Of a DNA stretch of 64,000 bases, positions 53,166 through 62,590 are shown in pieces (position 1 is the first letter of the stretch; each line of letters begins with the position of its first letter). Below the pieces are notes generated by a model. The model was not told the origin of the DNA. It saw only the letters and a program-made list of their open reading frames with translations, and did no database searches. Source of the DNA: Halobacteriales archaeon QH_7_65_31 (GTDB lineage Archaea > Halobacteriota > Halobacteria > Halobacteriales > Haloarculaceae); NCBI GenBank assembly GCA_003021785.1, contig PXQU01000005.1:10850-74849 (forward strand), written 5' to 3'. The position numbers and the translations under genes were made by a program.

Positions 53166-54170
53166 ATGGAGACGATCGGTCGCACGGACGGGGGTGGCCC
53201 GCGGCTCCCGCTGGGGCGGTATCTCGCCCGCGACGGGAGCAGCGGCGGTGACGTGGCGCTCGACTGCTCGCGGCCCCACGCCGCGTGTCTGGTCGGGAAG
53301 CGTGGTAGCGGGAAGTCGAACACGCTCGCCCTGCTCGCGGAGGGGTTGCTCCCCGTGGACGGGGTCGTCCCGGTCGTCGTCGATCCGATGGGCGCGTTCA
53401 CCGGTCTCGATACGGTCGGAGCCACCGTCCGGGAGCCGCGCGTCTCCCCGACCGCGATCCCGCCGCGGGAGTGGCCGCGGCTCGTCGGTCTCGATCCGAC
53501 GACGGGTGCAGGCGCACTCGTCTGGACGGCCGCGACGGCGTGTTCGACCGTCGCCGCGATGCAAGCACACGTCGCCGACGAGCAACCCGGAGCGGCGAGA
53601 CGAGTGGCGGCGAACCATCTCGCACGGGCGGACGCGTGGGACGTCTTCGCGCCCGACGGGCTTCGTGCGCCGACGGAGCCGACCGTCCTCGACCTCTCCG
53701 GGTGCTCGGAGCGTGCCGCGAACGCCGTCGTCCGCGCGGTCGCGACGGGGCTGTACGAGCGACGCCTCGCCGACGAGGGACCGCTCCCGTGGCTCCTCGT
53801 GGACGAGGCGCATCTCTTTCTGGACGGCGTCGCCGCCTCGGCGCTCGATATGGTGCTCACCCGCGGGCGTGCACCCGGCGTCTCGCTCGTGCTCGCGACC
53901 CAACGACCCGATGCACTGCCGGAGACCGCCATCTCACAGGCCGACCTGCTCGCGACCCACCGGCTCACCGGGCGTGCGGACACGGCAACCGTCGCCGGTG
54001 CGCGCGGCGACTACGTGGACGGTCCCGTCGAGCGTCGAATCCCGAGCGGTGTCGGCGAGCTTCTGCTCTTCGACGACGCGACCGAGCGCGCCCACAGCGT
54101 CCGGATCGACGAGCGGACGACCCCGCACGGCGGGACGACGCCGACCGTCGGAACCGACGGATACGAGTAG
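53166..54170 (+). CDS. HerA/FtsK-like (DUF87-type) P-loop ATPase, minimal form
   Basis: The start is METIGRTDGG at 53166, giving 334 aa. It has Walker A GKRGSGKSN, Walker B LLVDEAHLF and ATQRP. No N-terminal barrel or obvious partner nuclease is present. Confidence 0.75.
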   Translation: METIGRTDGGGPRLPLGRYLARDGSSGGDVALDCSRPHAACLVGKRGSGKSNTLALLAEGLLPVDGVVPVVVDPMGAFTGLDTVGATVREPRVSPTAIPPREWPRLVGLDPTTGAGALVWTAATACSTVAAMQAHVADEQPGAARRVAANHLARADAWDVFAPDGLRAPTEPTVLDLSGCSERAANAVVRAVATGLYERRLADEGPLPWLLVDEAHLFLDGVAASALDMVLTRGRAPGVSLVLATQRPDALPETAISQADLLATHRLTGRADTATVAGARGDYVDGPVERRIPSGVGELLLFDDATERAHSVRIDERTTPHGGTTPTVGTDGYE

Positions 54171-54190
54171 CCGGGCGCCGCGGCTCGCGT

Positions 54191-54556
54191 ATGGACACGG
54201 ACCCGACGCTCCCGTTAGTCGCTGTCGGCGGTGCGGCCGGGGCAGTCTGTCGGTGGGGCGTCGGCGTCGCACTCGCCGGGGCGACGTTCCCGGTCGGAAC
54301 GCTCACCGTCAACGTCGCCGGGAGCTTCCTGCTCGGTGTCCTGCTGTACGAGCGACGACTCCGGAACGCGCTGTCCTCACGAACCCGGCTCGTCGCCGGG
54401 ACCGGCTTCCTCTCGTCGTTCACGACCTACTCGACGTTCGCCACCGAGACGGTCGCTCTCACGCCGGCGCTCGCGGGGCTGAACCTCGCCGGCAACTACG
54501 CGCTCGGCTTTCTCGCCGTGCTCGCGGGTCGACACGTCGCGAGGTGGTTCTCGTGA
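54191..54556 (+). CDS. crcB: Fluoride ion channel CrcB (Fluc), copy 1
   Basis: 121 aa. GGAAGAVCRWGVG, TLTVNVAGSFLLG and GFLSSFTTYSTF are CrcB hallmarks. The frame is hidden inside track ORF 53471-54556. Confidence 0.88.
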   Translation: MDTDPTLPLVAVGGAAGAVCRWGVGVALAGATFPVGTLTVNVAGSFLLGVLLYERRLRNALSSRTRLVAGTGFLSSFTTYSTFATETVALTPALAGLNLAGNYALGFLAVLAGRHVARWFS

Positions 54557-54912
54557 GCCTCGCGCCGCTGTACGTCGGACTCGGCGGTGCAGTCGGTGCA
54601 ACCAGTCGCTATCTCGTCGGTGAACGCGTGGAACGCACCCGTCTGGATACCCTCGTCGTGAACGTCGTCGGGAGCTTCCTGCTCGGGTTCGTTCTCGCCG
54701 CGCCGCTCGACGGATCGGTCGTCACGCTCCTCGGGACCGGGTTCTGTGGCGCGTTCACGACGTTCTCGTCGTTCGCGTTCGAGACGGTGCGGCTCGCAGA
54801 AGACGGGTTCGGTCGGGCCGCAGCGGTGAACGCCGTCGGAACGTTCGCGCTCGCCGTTGTCGGCGTCGTCGCCGGCGGGTGGGCCGGCTCAGCCGTCGTC
54901 CAGCTCCTGTAG
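54553..54912 (+). CDS. crcB: Fluoride ion channel CrcB (Fluc), copy 2
   Basis: 119 aa. The GTG start overlaps the stop of copy 1 (GTGA). GGAVGATSRYLVG, TLVVNVVGSFLLG and GFCGAFTTFSSF are present. The frame is hidden inside track ORF 53122-54912. Confidence 0.85.
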   Translation: MSLAPLYVGLGGAVGATSRYLVGERVERTRLDTLVVNVVGSFLLGFVLAAPLDGSVVTLLGTGFCGAFTTFSSFAFETVRLAEDGFGRAAAVNAVGTFALAVVGVVAGGWAGSAVVQLL

Positions 54913-55458
54913 CGCCTGCTGGAAATCATCGCTCGTGAACTCCGCTGTCGTCTTGTCGATCTGCTCGCTCAGCTCCTCCAGCTCCGCACACAGCGTCGCG
55001 TACGCGTCGCTCTCGTCGAGCTCGCGTTCGCTCTTCTGCGTCTCCAGTGCCGCCCGCTTCGAGACGAGCGCGTAGTACTCGCGCAGCTTGACGTCGTACT
55101 CCGACCGGGAGAGCAGCTGCTCGACGGCGTCGTGAAGCTCGTCGCGGCGAACCGGCTTCACGAGGTAGTCGTCGAACCCCATCTCGATGATGTCGAAGTC
55201 CGGCTCGACGGCGGTCACCATCGCGACGCGACAGCTGTACTCGGCCGCTCGGATGGCACTGAGCACCTCGTCACCGGACGTGTCGGGCATCAGCCGGTCG
55301 ACGAGGGCGACATCGACGGTCTCGTCGGCGGCGTCGATCCCGTCGGTCCCGCCGTACGCCGTCCGAACGTCGTAGCTGTCGGCGAGCCACGCGGCGTACA
55401 GATCTGCAAGATCAGGTTCGTCGTCGACGATTAACACCGTCGATGGCTCCTCACTCAC
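54889..55458 (-). CDS. Response regulator with C-terminal HalX domain
   Basis: 189 aa. The receiver domain has VLIVDDEPD, VALVDRLMPDTSG and YLVKP. The helical C-terminal half is typical of the haloarchaeal HalX domain. Confidence 0.88.
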   Translation of the reverse strand: MSEEPSTVLIVDDEPDLADLYAAWLADSYDVRTAYGGTDGIDAADETVDVALVDRLMPDTSGDEVLSAIRAAEYSCRVAMVTAVEPDFDIIEMGFDDYLVKPVRRDELHDAVEQLLSRSEYDVKLREYYALVSKRAALETQKSERELDESDAYATLCAELEELSEQIDKTTAEFTSDDFQQALQELDDG

Positions 55459-55699
55459 AGCGACTCCCCCAGTTGCAGCTCCGATTCACACTGACACGTC
55501 ACGCCCGGGGACTCATGAGGTTTTGGGCACGTGATCACTACTGTGTATGATACTGATAGTTCACGGTCAGGGTTCGGACGCGACGAACGAATGATCACTC
55601 ACCTCCCGCTCCCTGATTCGAATCCAGAGTGTCCGTTACTCGGATTCGAGTCATCGCGACACGCCTACAGCGGTCGCTCGAAGGTTGCATCCGAGAAAG

Positions 55700-55772
55700 C
55701 GCCCGAGGCGGGATTTGAACCCGCGTCACGACCGTGACAGGGTCGTATGATGGGCCACTACACCACCCGGGC
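55700..55772 (-). tRNA. tRNA-Asp (anticodon GUC)
   Basis: The reverse complement is GCCCGGGTGGTGTAGTGGCCCATCATACGACCCTGTCACGGTCGTGACGCGGGTTCAAATCCCGCCTCGGGCG. It has a 7-bp acceptor stem (one G-U), anticodon loop CTGTCAC, T-arm GCGGG-TTCAAAT-CCCGC and no encoded CCA. Confidence 0.9.
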
Positions 55773-55800
55773 CGACGCATTCTCCCGTAACCCGGTTGTA

Positions 55801-55808
55801 TGTATAAG
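55801..55808 (-). promoter_or_regulatory. TATA-like box for tRNA-Asp
   Basis: The minus strand reads cttataca, about 32 nt upstream of the mature tRNA 5' end. Confidence 0.4.
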
Positions 55809-56011
55809 ACTTTCCAACCGACGACGCAGCCGTCTGCGCGGTCACGCGCCACACGGGCACAAGAGTATTGACCGTCACGCGCCTTCGATCAGTGTGATCG
55901 CTCGGTCGGCGAGCGGTAGCCGTCTCGTGCGCCTTCCGAAAATGCTTTGTGCTGCTGGGTAGTAGGTTTCTGTAGTATCTCAGAACTTCTCTCAGCGGGT
56001 CTCAGCCACAC

Positions 56012-56239
56012 ATGGTAGATGTAAGCCAACACGAGCTCGTTCCAGAGCACAGCGTCGTCTCCGACTCGGAGCTCGACGACGTGCTCGACGAGTACGACAT
56101 CGAACGCACAGACTTACCGAAGATCAAACGCACCGACGCCGCCGTGCCCGACGACGCCGAAGTCGGCGACGTGCTCGAAATCGTGCGCGACTCCCGGACG
56201 ACGGATCGGGCCGTCGTCTACCGACTGGTGATTCAGTAA
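56012..56239 (+). CDS. rpoH: DNA-directed RNA polymerase subunit H (Rpo5)
   Basis: 75 aa. HELVPEH...LPKI...D...GDVLEIVR is the conserved RpoH pattern, and it is the first gene of the rpo operon. Confidence 0.92.
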   Translation: MVDVSQHELVPEHSVVSDSELDDVLDEYDIERTDLPKIKRTDAAVPDDAEVGDVLEIVRDSRTTDRAVVYRLVIQ

Positions 56240-56240
56240 T

Positions 56241-57803
56241 ATGGACCAACAGCAACGTCGAAACGTCTCCAGAGAGTACTTCTCCCGCGACCGACTCGCC
56301 GAACACCATTTCCGCTCGTTCAACGCCTTCCTCGGACGGGGGATGCAGCGCGTCGTCGACGAGAAGGAGTCAATCGAGACGGACATCGGTGACAAGGAGG
56401 GACAGGAGCCGGTTCGCGTCGATCTCGCCGACGTGCGCGTCGAGACGCCGCGCGTCCGCGAGGCAGACGGTTCCGAGGAGCTGCTCTACCCGCAGGAGGC
56501 GCGGCTCCGCAACATCACCTACTCCGCGCCGGTGTTCATGGAGATGGATATCGTGCGCGGCGGCGACGAGGAACCAGAGCAGGTGGTCGACACCGCAGAG
56601 ACAAAGATCGGCCGTATGCCGATCATGGTCGGCTCGGAGAAATGCAACATCGCCGGCTTCTCCGACGAGGAGCTGATCGAGATCGGCGAGGACCCTGCCG
56701 ACCCCGGCGGCTACTTCATCGTCAACGGCTCCGAGCGCGTCCTGATGACGAGTGAGGACCTCGCCCCGAACAAGATCCTCGCCGAGTACGATACGAAGTA
56801 CGGTGACGAGATTCAGGTCGCGAAGACGTTCTCACAGCGGCGCGGGTATCGGGCGCTCGTCCTCTGTGAGCGCAACCGCGAGGGACTGCTCGAAGTGTCG
56901 TTCCCGTCGGTGTCCGGCTCGATCGAGTTCGTCACGCTGGTTCGCGCGCTCGGGCTCGAATCCGACGAGGAGATCGTCCACCGCGTGAGCGACGACCCTG
57001 AGATCGTGAAGTTCATGCTGGAGAATCTGGAGGCCGCCGAGGTCGGCTCCACCAACGAGGCGATCGAGACGCTCGGCCAGCGCGTCGCCTCCGGTCAGGG
57101 GAAGAACTACCAGCTCAAACGCGCCAACTACGTCATCGATCGGTATCTCCTCCCGCATCTCCACGAGGAGGGGATCGAGGACGAGGAGGTCCGGATGAAC
57201 AAGGCCGTCTACCTCTGTCGGATGGCCGAGGCGTGTTTCGAACTCGCGCTCGGTCGCCGCGAGTCCGACGACAAGGACCACTACGCCAACAAGCGGCTGA
57301 AGGTCTCCGGCGATCTGATGAAGGACCTGTTCCGTACGGCGCTCAACAAGCTGGCACGCGACGTGAAGTACCAGCTCGAACGCGCGAACATGCGGAACCG
57401 GCAGCTGTCTGTCTCGACGGTCGTCCGCTCGGACGTGCTGACCGAACGGCTCGAACACCCCATCGCGACCGGTAACTGGGTCGGCGGTCGCTCGGGCGTG
57501 AGCCAGCTGGTCGATCGGACCGACTACATGGGCGTGCTCTCGCATCTGCGCCGGCTCCGGTCGCCGCTGTCGCGCTCACAGCCCCACTTCGAGGCGCGTG
57601 ATCTCCACGCGACCCAGTGGGGTCGCATCTGTCCCTCGGAGACGCCCGAAGGGCCAAACTGTGGGCTGGTGAAGAACTTCGCGCAGGCGATGGAGCTGTC
57701 ACAGAACGTCGAGGACGAACGGGAACTGAAGCGAGAACTCGCCTCCATGGGCGTAAACGGCATCCCCGGCATCGAGACCGTGGAGGCCCCCGCAGACGAC
57801 TGA
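56241..57803 (+). CDS. rpoB2: DNA-directed RNA polymerase subunit B''
   Basis: 520 aa, the N-terminal half of the Rpb2 homologue ([22 protein letters not shown]...[28 protein letters not shown]). Confidence 0.95.
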   Translation: MDQQQRRNVSREYFSRDRLAEHHFRSFNAFLGRGMQRVVDEKESIETDIGDKEGQEPVRVDLADVRVETPRVREADGSEELLYPQEARLRNITYSAPVFMEMDIVRGGDEEPEQVVDTAETKIGRMPIMVGSEKCNIAGFSDEELIEIGEDPADPGGYFIVNGSERVLMTSEDLAPNKILAEYDTKYGDEIQVAKTFSQRRGYRALVLCERNREGLLEVSFPSVSGSIEFVTLVRALGLESDEEIVHRVSDDPEIVKFMLENLEAAEVGSTNEAIETLGQRVASGQGKNYQLKRANYVIDRYLLPHLHEEGIEDEEVRMNKAVYLCRMAEACFELALGRRESDDKDHYANKRLKVSGDLMKDLFRTALNKLARDVKYQLERANMRNRQLSVSTVVRSDVLTERLEHPIATGNWVGGRSGVSQLVDRTDYMGVLSHLRRLRSPLSRSQPHFEARDLHATQWGRICPSETPEGPNCGLVKNFAQAMELSQNVEDERELKRELASMGVNGIPGIETVEAPADD

Positions 57804-57804
57804 T

Positions 57805-59631
57805 ATGAGTAGCCAACGAGAATCCAAAGTGTACGTCAACGGGTCGCTCATCGGGACCCACCCACAGCCGCACGAGCTCGCGAACAACGTCAGAGAGGCC
57901 CGCCGCCGCGGCGAGGTCTCCGAGATGGTCAACGTCTCCGTCAAGGAGGAGACCAACGAGATCATCATCAACGCCGACGCCGGGCGCGCGCGCCGCCCGC
58001 TGTTCGTCATCGAGAACGGCGAGCCGCTCGTCTCCGACGAGGAGCTGGAGGCCGTCGAGGCGGGCGAGCTCGACTTCGACGATCTCGTCGACCGCGGCTA
58101 CATCGAGTACATCGACGCCGAGGAAGAGGAGGACATCCTCGTCGCCGTCGAGAGCGACGAGGTCACCGACGACCACACGCATCTCGAAGTCGATCCGCAG
58201 CTCATCTTCGGTATCGGTGCGGGAATGATTCCGTACCCCGAGCACAACGCCTCGCCCCGGATCACGATGGGATCGGGGATGATCAAGCAGTCGCTCGGGC
58301 TTCCGTCGGCGAACTACCGCATCCGACCGGACACCCGCCAACATCTGCTGCATTACCCGCAGCTGTCGCTCGTCAAGACGCAGACGACCGAGCAGATCGG
58401 CTACGACGACCGCCCCGCCGCCCAGAACTTCGTCGTCGCCGTCATGTCCTACGAGGGGTTCAACATCGAGGACGCGCTCGTTCTCAACGGCGGCTCCGTC
58501 GACCGCGCGCTCGCCCGGTCGCATTTCTTTCGCACCTACGAGGGCGAAGAGCGCCGGTATCCCGGCGGTCAGGAGGACCGCTTCGAGCGCCCCGACGAGG
58601 ACGTACGCGGCGCGCGCGGCGAGGACGCCTACACGCATCTCGACGACGACGGGCTCGTCAACCCGGAGACGCAGGTCGGAGAGAACGACGTGCTACTCGG
58701 GAAGACCTCGCCGCCGCGCTTCCTCGAAGAGCCGGACGATATGGGCGGCCTCTCACCGCAGAAGCGCCGCGAGACCTCAGTTACCATGCGCTCGGGCGAG
58801 TCGGGCGTCGTGGACACCGTGACGCTGATGGAGGGAGAAGACGGTTCGAAGCTCTCGAAGGTCAGCGTGCGCGACGAACGGATCCCCGAACTCGGGGACA
58901 AGTTCGCGTCTCGCCACGGCCAGAAGGGCGTCGTCGGCCACATCGCGCCACAGGAGGACATGCCGTTCACGCAGGACGGCGTCGTTCCGGACCTCATCGT
59001 GAACCCGCACGCACTGCCGTCGCGGATGACCGTCGGTCACATCCTGGAGATGCTCGGCGGCAAGGTCGGCTCGCTAGAGGGTCGCCGCGTCGACGGGACC
59101 GCCTTCACCGGCGAGGACGAGGAGGACCTCCGCGACACGCTCGTCGAGGACGGGTTCAAGTCCAACGGGAAGGAGGTCATGTACTCGGGCGTGACGGGCG
59201 AGAAGATCGAGGCCGAGATTTTCGTCGGCGTCATCTTCTACCAGAAGCTCTACCACATGGTCTCGAACAAGATTCACGCCCGTTCGCGTGGGCCGGTGCA
59301 GGTGCTCACGCGCCAGCCGACGGAGGGGCGCGCTCGCGAGGGCGGACTCCGCGTCGGCGAGATGGAACGGGACGTGCTCATCGGACACGGCGCGGCGATG
59401 GCGCTCAAGGAGCGCCTGCTCGATGAGTCCGACCGCGAGTTCATCCACGTCTGCGGCAACTGCGGGATGAGCGCGGTCGAGAACGTCGAGCAACGCCGCG
59501 TCTACTGTCCGAACTGCGACGAGGAGACCGACGTTCACGAGGTCGAGATGAGCTACGCGTTCAAGCTCCTGCTCGACGAGATGAAGGCGCTGGGTATCGC
59601 ACCGCGGATCGAACTCACGGAGGCTGTATAA
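57805..59631 (+). CDS. rpoB1: DNA-directed RNA polymerase subunit B'
   Basis: 608 aa, the C-terminal half of the Rpb2 homologue ([19 protein letters not shown], and the C-terminal Zn ribbon CGNCGM...CPNC). Confidence 0.95.
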   Translation: MSSQRESKVYVNGSLIGTHPQPHELANNVREARRRGEVSEMVNVSVKEETNEIIINADAGRARRPLFVIENGEPLVSDEELEAVEAGELDFDDLVDRGYIEYIDAEEEEDILVAVESDEVTDDHTHLEVDPQLIFGIGAGMIPYPEHNASPRITMGSGMIKQSLGLPSANYRIRPDTRQHLLHYPQLSLVKTQTTEQIGYDDRPAAQNFVVAVMSYEGFNIEDALVLNGGSVDRALARSHFFRTYEGEERRYPGGQEDRFERPDEDVRGARGEDAYTHLDDDGLVNPETQVGENDVLLGKTSPPRFLEEPDDMGGLSPQKRRETSVTMRSGESGVVDTVTLMEGEDGSKLSKVSVRDERIPELGDKFASRHGQKGVVGHIAPQEDMPFTQDGVVPDLIVNPHALPSRMTVGHILEMLGGKVGSLEGRRVDGTAFTGEDEEDLRDTLVEDGFKSNGKEVMYSGVTGEKIEAEIFVGVIFYQKLYHMVSNKIHARSRGPVQVLTRQPTEGRAREGGLRVGEMERDVLIGHGAAMALKERLLDESDREFIHVCGNCGMSAVENVEQRRVYCPNCDEETDVHEVEMSYAFKLLLDEMKALGIAPRIELTEAV

Positions 59632-59632
59632 C

Positions 59633-62590
59633 ATGAGCACAGGACAAACACCGAAGCAGATCGGGTCACTCAGCTTCGGGCTGATGGACCCCGAGGAGTA
59701 CCGCGAGATGTCGGCCACGAAGGTCATCACGGCCGACACCTACGACGACGACGGCTTCCCCATCGACATGGGGCTGATGGACCCGCGACTGGGCGTCATC
59801 GATCCCGGGCTCGAATGCAAGACCTGCGGGAAACACTCCGGCTCGTGTAACGGCCACTTCGGCCACATCGAGCTGGCCGCGCCGGTCATCCACGTCGGGT
59901 TCCAGAAGCTCATCCGTCGGCTGCTCCGCGGAACCTGTCGTGAGTGTTCGCGACTCCTGCTCACCGAGGAGGAGGCCGACGAGTTCCGCGACCGGCTCGA
60001 CAAGACCCGCAGTCTGGGCGAGGACCTCGGTGACGTGACGAAAGCGGCCATCCGCCGCGCGCGAAAGGCGTCGAACTGCCCGCACTGCGGCGAGACGCAG
60101 TACGACATCCAACACGAGAAGCCGACGACCTACTACGAGGTGCAGGACGTGCTCTCGGCGGAGTACTCCGAGCGGATCGCCGCCGCGATGGAGGGCCGTC
60201 CGGTCGGCGACGAGGAGGAGGGCGAGGTCGACCGCGAGCCGATGGGACCGATGGAGCTCGCCGAGGAGACCGGCATCGACAGCTCCCGGATTCAGGAGAT
60301 CCTCTCCAGCGAGTTCCGTCCGACCGAGGAGGACCGCGAATCCCTCGAACAGGCGCTCGACGTCGATCTCACCGAGGAGGACATGAACAAGCTGATGGCC
60401 TCCGACATCCGCGACTGGTTCGAGGACATCCCGGATCGCGACATCGAGACGCTCGGCATCGACGCCGACAAGTCCCGACCGGAGTGGATCATCCTGACCG
60501 TTCTGCCGGTTCCGCCGGTGACGGCGCGACCGTCGATCACGCTCGATAACGGCCAGCGCTCCGAGGACGATCTCACCCACAAGCTGGTGGACATCATCCG
60601 CATCAATCAGCGGTTCATGGAGAACCGCGAGGCCGGTGCGCCCCAGCTCATCATCGAGGACCTGTGGGAGCTGCTCCAGTACCACGTCACGACGTTCATG
60701 GACAACGAGATCTCGGGGACGCCGCCGGCACGCCACCGGTCGGGTCGCCCGCTCAAGACGCTCTCGCAGCGACTGAAGGGCAAAGAGGGTCGGTTCCGCG
60801 GCTCGCTGTCCGGCAAGCGCGTCAACTTCTCCGCCCGGACGGTCATCAGCCCGGACCCGACGCTCTCGCTCAACGAGGTCGGCGTCCCCGACCGGGTCGC
60901 CAGCGAGATGACACAGACGATGAACGTGAACGCGCGGAACCTGCAGGACGCGCGCCGCTACGTCGCCAACGGGCCGGAGACGCACCCGGGTGCGAACTAC
61001 GTTCGCCGTCCGGACGGTCGCCGGCTGAAGGTAACCGAGAAGAACTGCGAGGAGCTGGCCGAGAAGGTCGATCCCGGCTGGGAGGTGTCGCGTCACCTCA
61101 TCGACGGCGACGTCGTCATCTTCAACCGGCAGCCGTCGCTCCACCGGATGTCGATCATGGCTCACGAGGTCGTGGTGATGCCGTACAAGACGTTCCGGCT
61201 CAACACCGTCGTCTGTCCGCCGTACAACGCTGACTTCGACGGCGACGAGATGAATATGCACGCGCTGCAGAACGAGGAGGCCCGCGCCGAGGCGCGCGTC
61301 CTCATGCGCGTTCAGGAACAGATCCTCTCCCCGCGCTTCGGTGAGAACATCATCGGGGCCATTCAGGACCACATCTCGGGGATGTATCTACTCACCCACG
61401 ACAACCCGCAGTTCAACGAGACGCAGGCGCTCGATCTGCTGCGTGCGACGAGCGTCGAGGGGCTTCCGGAGCCGGACGGGACCGACGACGACGGCATCGA
61501 CTACTGGACCGGTCGCTCCGTCTTCTCGGAGCTGCTGCCGGACGATCTCAACATGGAGTTCGAGGGGACCCTCGGCGAGCCGGTCGTCATCGAGGACGGC
61601 CAGCTCGTGGAAGGGACCATCGCCGAGGACGAGGTCGGCGAGTTCGGCGGCGAGATCGTCGACACCGTCACCAAGGTGTACGGCAACACCCGCTCGCGCG
61701 TGTTCATCAACGAGGTTGCCACGCTCGCGATGCGTTCGATCATGCATTTCGGCATTTCGGTCGGCATCGACGACGAGTCGGTCGACAGCGAGGCCGAAGA
61801 CCGCATTCAGGAGGCCATCGACAGCGCCTACGAGCGGGTGCAAGAACTCATCGAGACGTACGAGACGGGCGAGCTGGAGTCGCTGCCCGGTCGAACGACC
61901 GACGAGACGCTGGAGATGAAGGTCATGCAGACGCTCGGTCGCGCGCGCGACTCGGCGGGTGACATCGCCGACGAGCGACTCGACGAGGACAACCCGGCGG
62001 TCGTGATGGCTCGCTCGGGCGCGCGTGCCTCGATGCTGAATCTCACGCAGATGTCGGCCTGTGTCGGCCAGCAGGCCGTCCGCGGCGAGCGGATCAACCG
62101 CGGCTACGAGGACCGCACGCTCAGCCACTACAAGAAGAACGATCTCTCCGCCGACGCACACGGCTTCGTGGAGTCGTCGTACCGACAGGGGCTCAACCCA
62201 CAGGAGTTCTTCTTCCACGCGATGGGTGGCCGCGAGGGGCTCGTCGATACGGCGGTTCGGACCTCGAAGTCCGGCTATCTCCAGCGCCGGCTCATCAACG
62301 CGCTCTCGGAGCTGGAGTCCCAGTACGACGGCACGGTCCGGGACACCTCGGACACGGTCGTTCAGTTCGAGTTCGGCGAGGACGGAACCTCGACCACGCA
62401 GGTCGCGCACGACGAGGAGAACCCGATCGAGGTCGAGGACATCGCGGCCCGCGTGATGAACGCCGAGTTCGCCGACGAGGCGGAACGCGAGTCGTTCCTC
62501 AAGGGCGACACGCTCCAGACGAACCTCTCGGAGCATCAGGACACGTGGCGCACTGGCGGAGCCGTCCCGGAGGTGGAGTCGGATGACTGA
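59633..62590 (+). CDS. rpoA1: DNA-directed RNA polymerase subunit A'
   Basis: 985 aa. It has Zn motifs (CKTCG...C, CPHCG), the catalytic [10 protein letters not shown] and the bridge-helix region. Confidence 0.95.
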   Translation: MSTGQTPKQIGSLSFGLMDPEEYREMSATKVITADTYDDDGFPIDMGLMDPRLGVIDPGLECKTCGKHSGSCNGHFGHIELAAPVIHVGFQKLIRRLLRGTCRECSRLLLTEEEADEFRDRLDKTRSLGEDLGDVTKAAIRRARKASNCPHCGETQYDIQHEKPTTYYEVQDVLSAEYSERIAAAMEGRPVGDEEEGEVDREPMGPMELAEETGIDSSRIQEILSSEFRPTEEDRESLEQALDVDLTEEDMNKLMASDIRDWFEDIPDRDIETLGIDADKSRPEWIILTVLPVPPVTARPSITLDNGQRSEDDLTHKLVDIIRINQRFMENREAGAPQLIIEDLWELLQYHVTTFMDNEISGTPPARHRSGRPLKTLSQRLKGKEGRFRGSLSGKRVNFSARTVISPDPTLSLNEVGVPDRVASEMTQTMNVNARNLQDARRYVANGPETHPGANYVRRPDGRRLKVTEKNCEELAEKVDPGWEVSRHLIDGDVVIFNRQPSLHRMSIMAHEVVVMPYKTFRLNTVVCPPYNADFDGDEMNMHALQNEEARAEARVLMRVQEQILSPRFGENIIGAIQDHISGMYLLTHDNPQFNETQALDLLRATSVEGLPEPDGTDDDGIDYWTGRSVFSELLPDDLNMEFEGTLGEPVVIEDGQLVEGTIAEDEVGEFGGEIVDTVTKVYGNTRSRVFINEVATLAMRSIMHFGISVGIDDESVDSEAEDRIQEAIDSAYERVQELIETYETGELESLPGRTTDETLEMKVMQTLGRARDSAGDIADERLDEDNPAVVMARSGARASMLNLTQMSACVGQQAVRGERINRGYEDRTLSHYKKNDLSADAHGFVESSYRQGLNPQEFFFHAMGGREGLVDTAVRTSKSGYLQRRLINALSELESQYDGTVRDTSDTVVQFEFGEDGTSTTQVAHDEENPIEVEDIAARVMNAEFADEAERESFLKGDTLQTNLSEHQDTWRTGGAVPEVESDD

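Noticed and set aside
54100-54190. Searched for a fluoride (crcB-motif) riboswitch upstream of the crcB pair
   Set aside because: Only 20 nt of spacer exist, and the preceding sequence is ATPase coding. By eye there is nothing resembling the conserved riboswitch core.
53122-54912. 596-aa and 361-aa plus-strand ORFs overlapping the HerA-like ATPase gene
   Set aside because: Only their C-terminal about 120 residues are real; these are the two crcB genes. The upstream parts are Arg/Pro/Ser-rich alternative frames of the ATPase gene.
55531-55600. GTGATCA / ATGATAC / CTGA strings checked as possible C/D-box sRNA boxes
   Set aside because: No canonical RUGAUGA C box is paired with a terminal CUGA D box at appropriate spacing.
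55615-55652. GATTCGAATCC / GATTCGAGTC strings resembling tRNA T-arms downstream of tRNA-Asp, considered as a tRNA remnant or integration scar (att site)
   Set aside because: I could not fold a T-arm or any cloverleaf on either strand. The strings do not match the T-arm of the adjacent tRNA-Asp (GCGGGTTCAAATCCCGC). No integrase or foreign-looking DNA is nearby.
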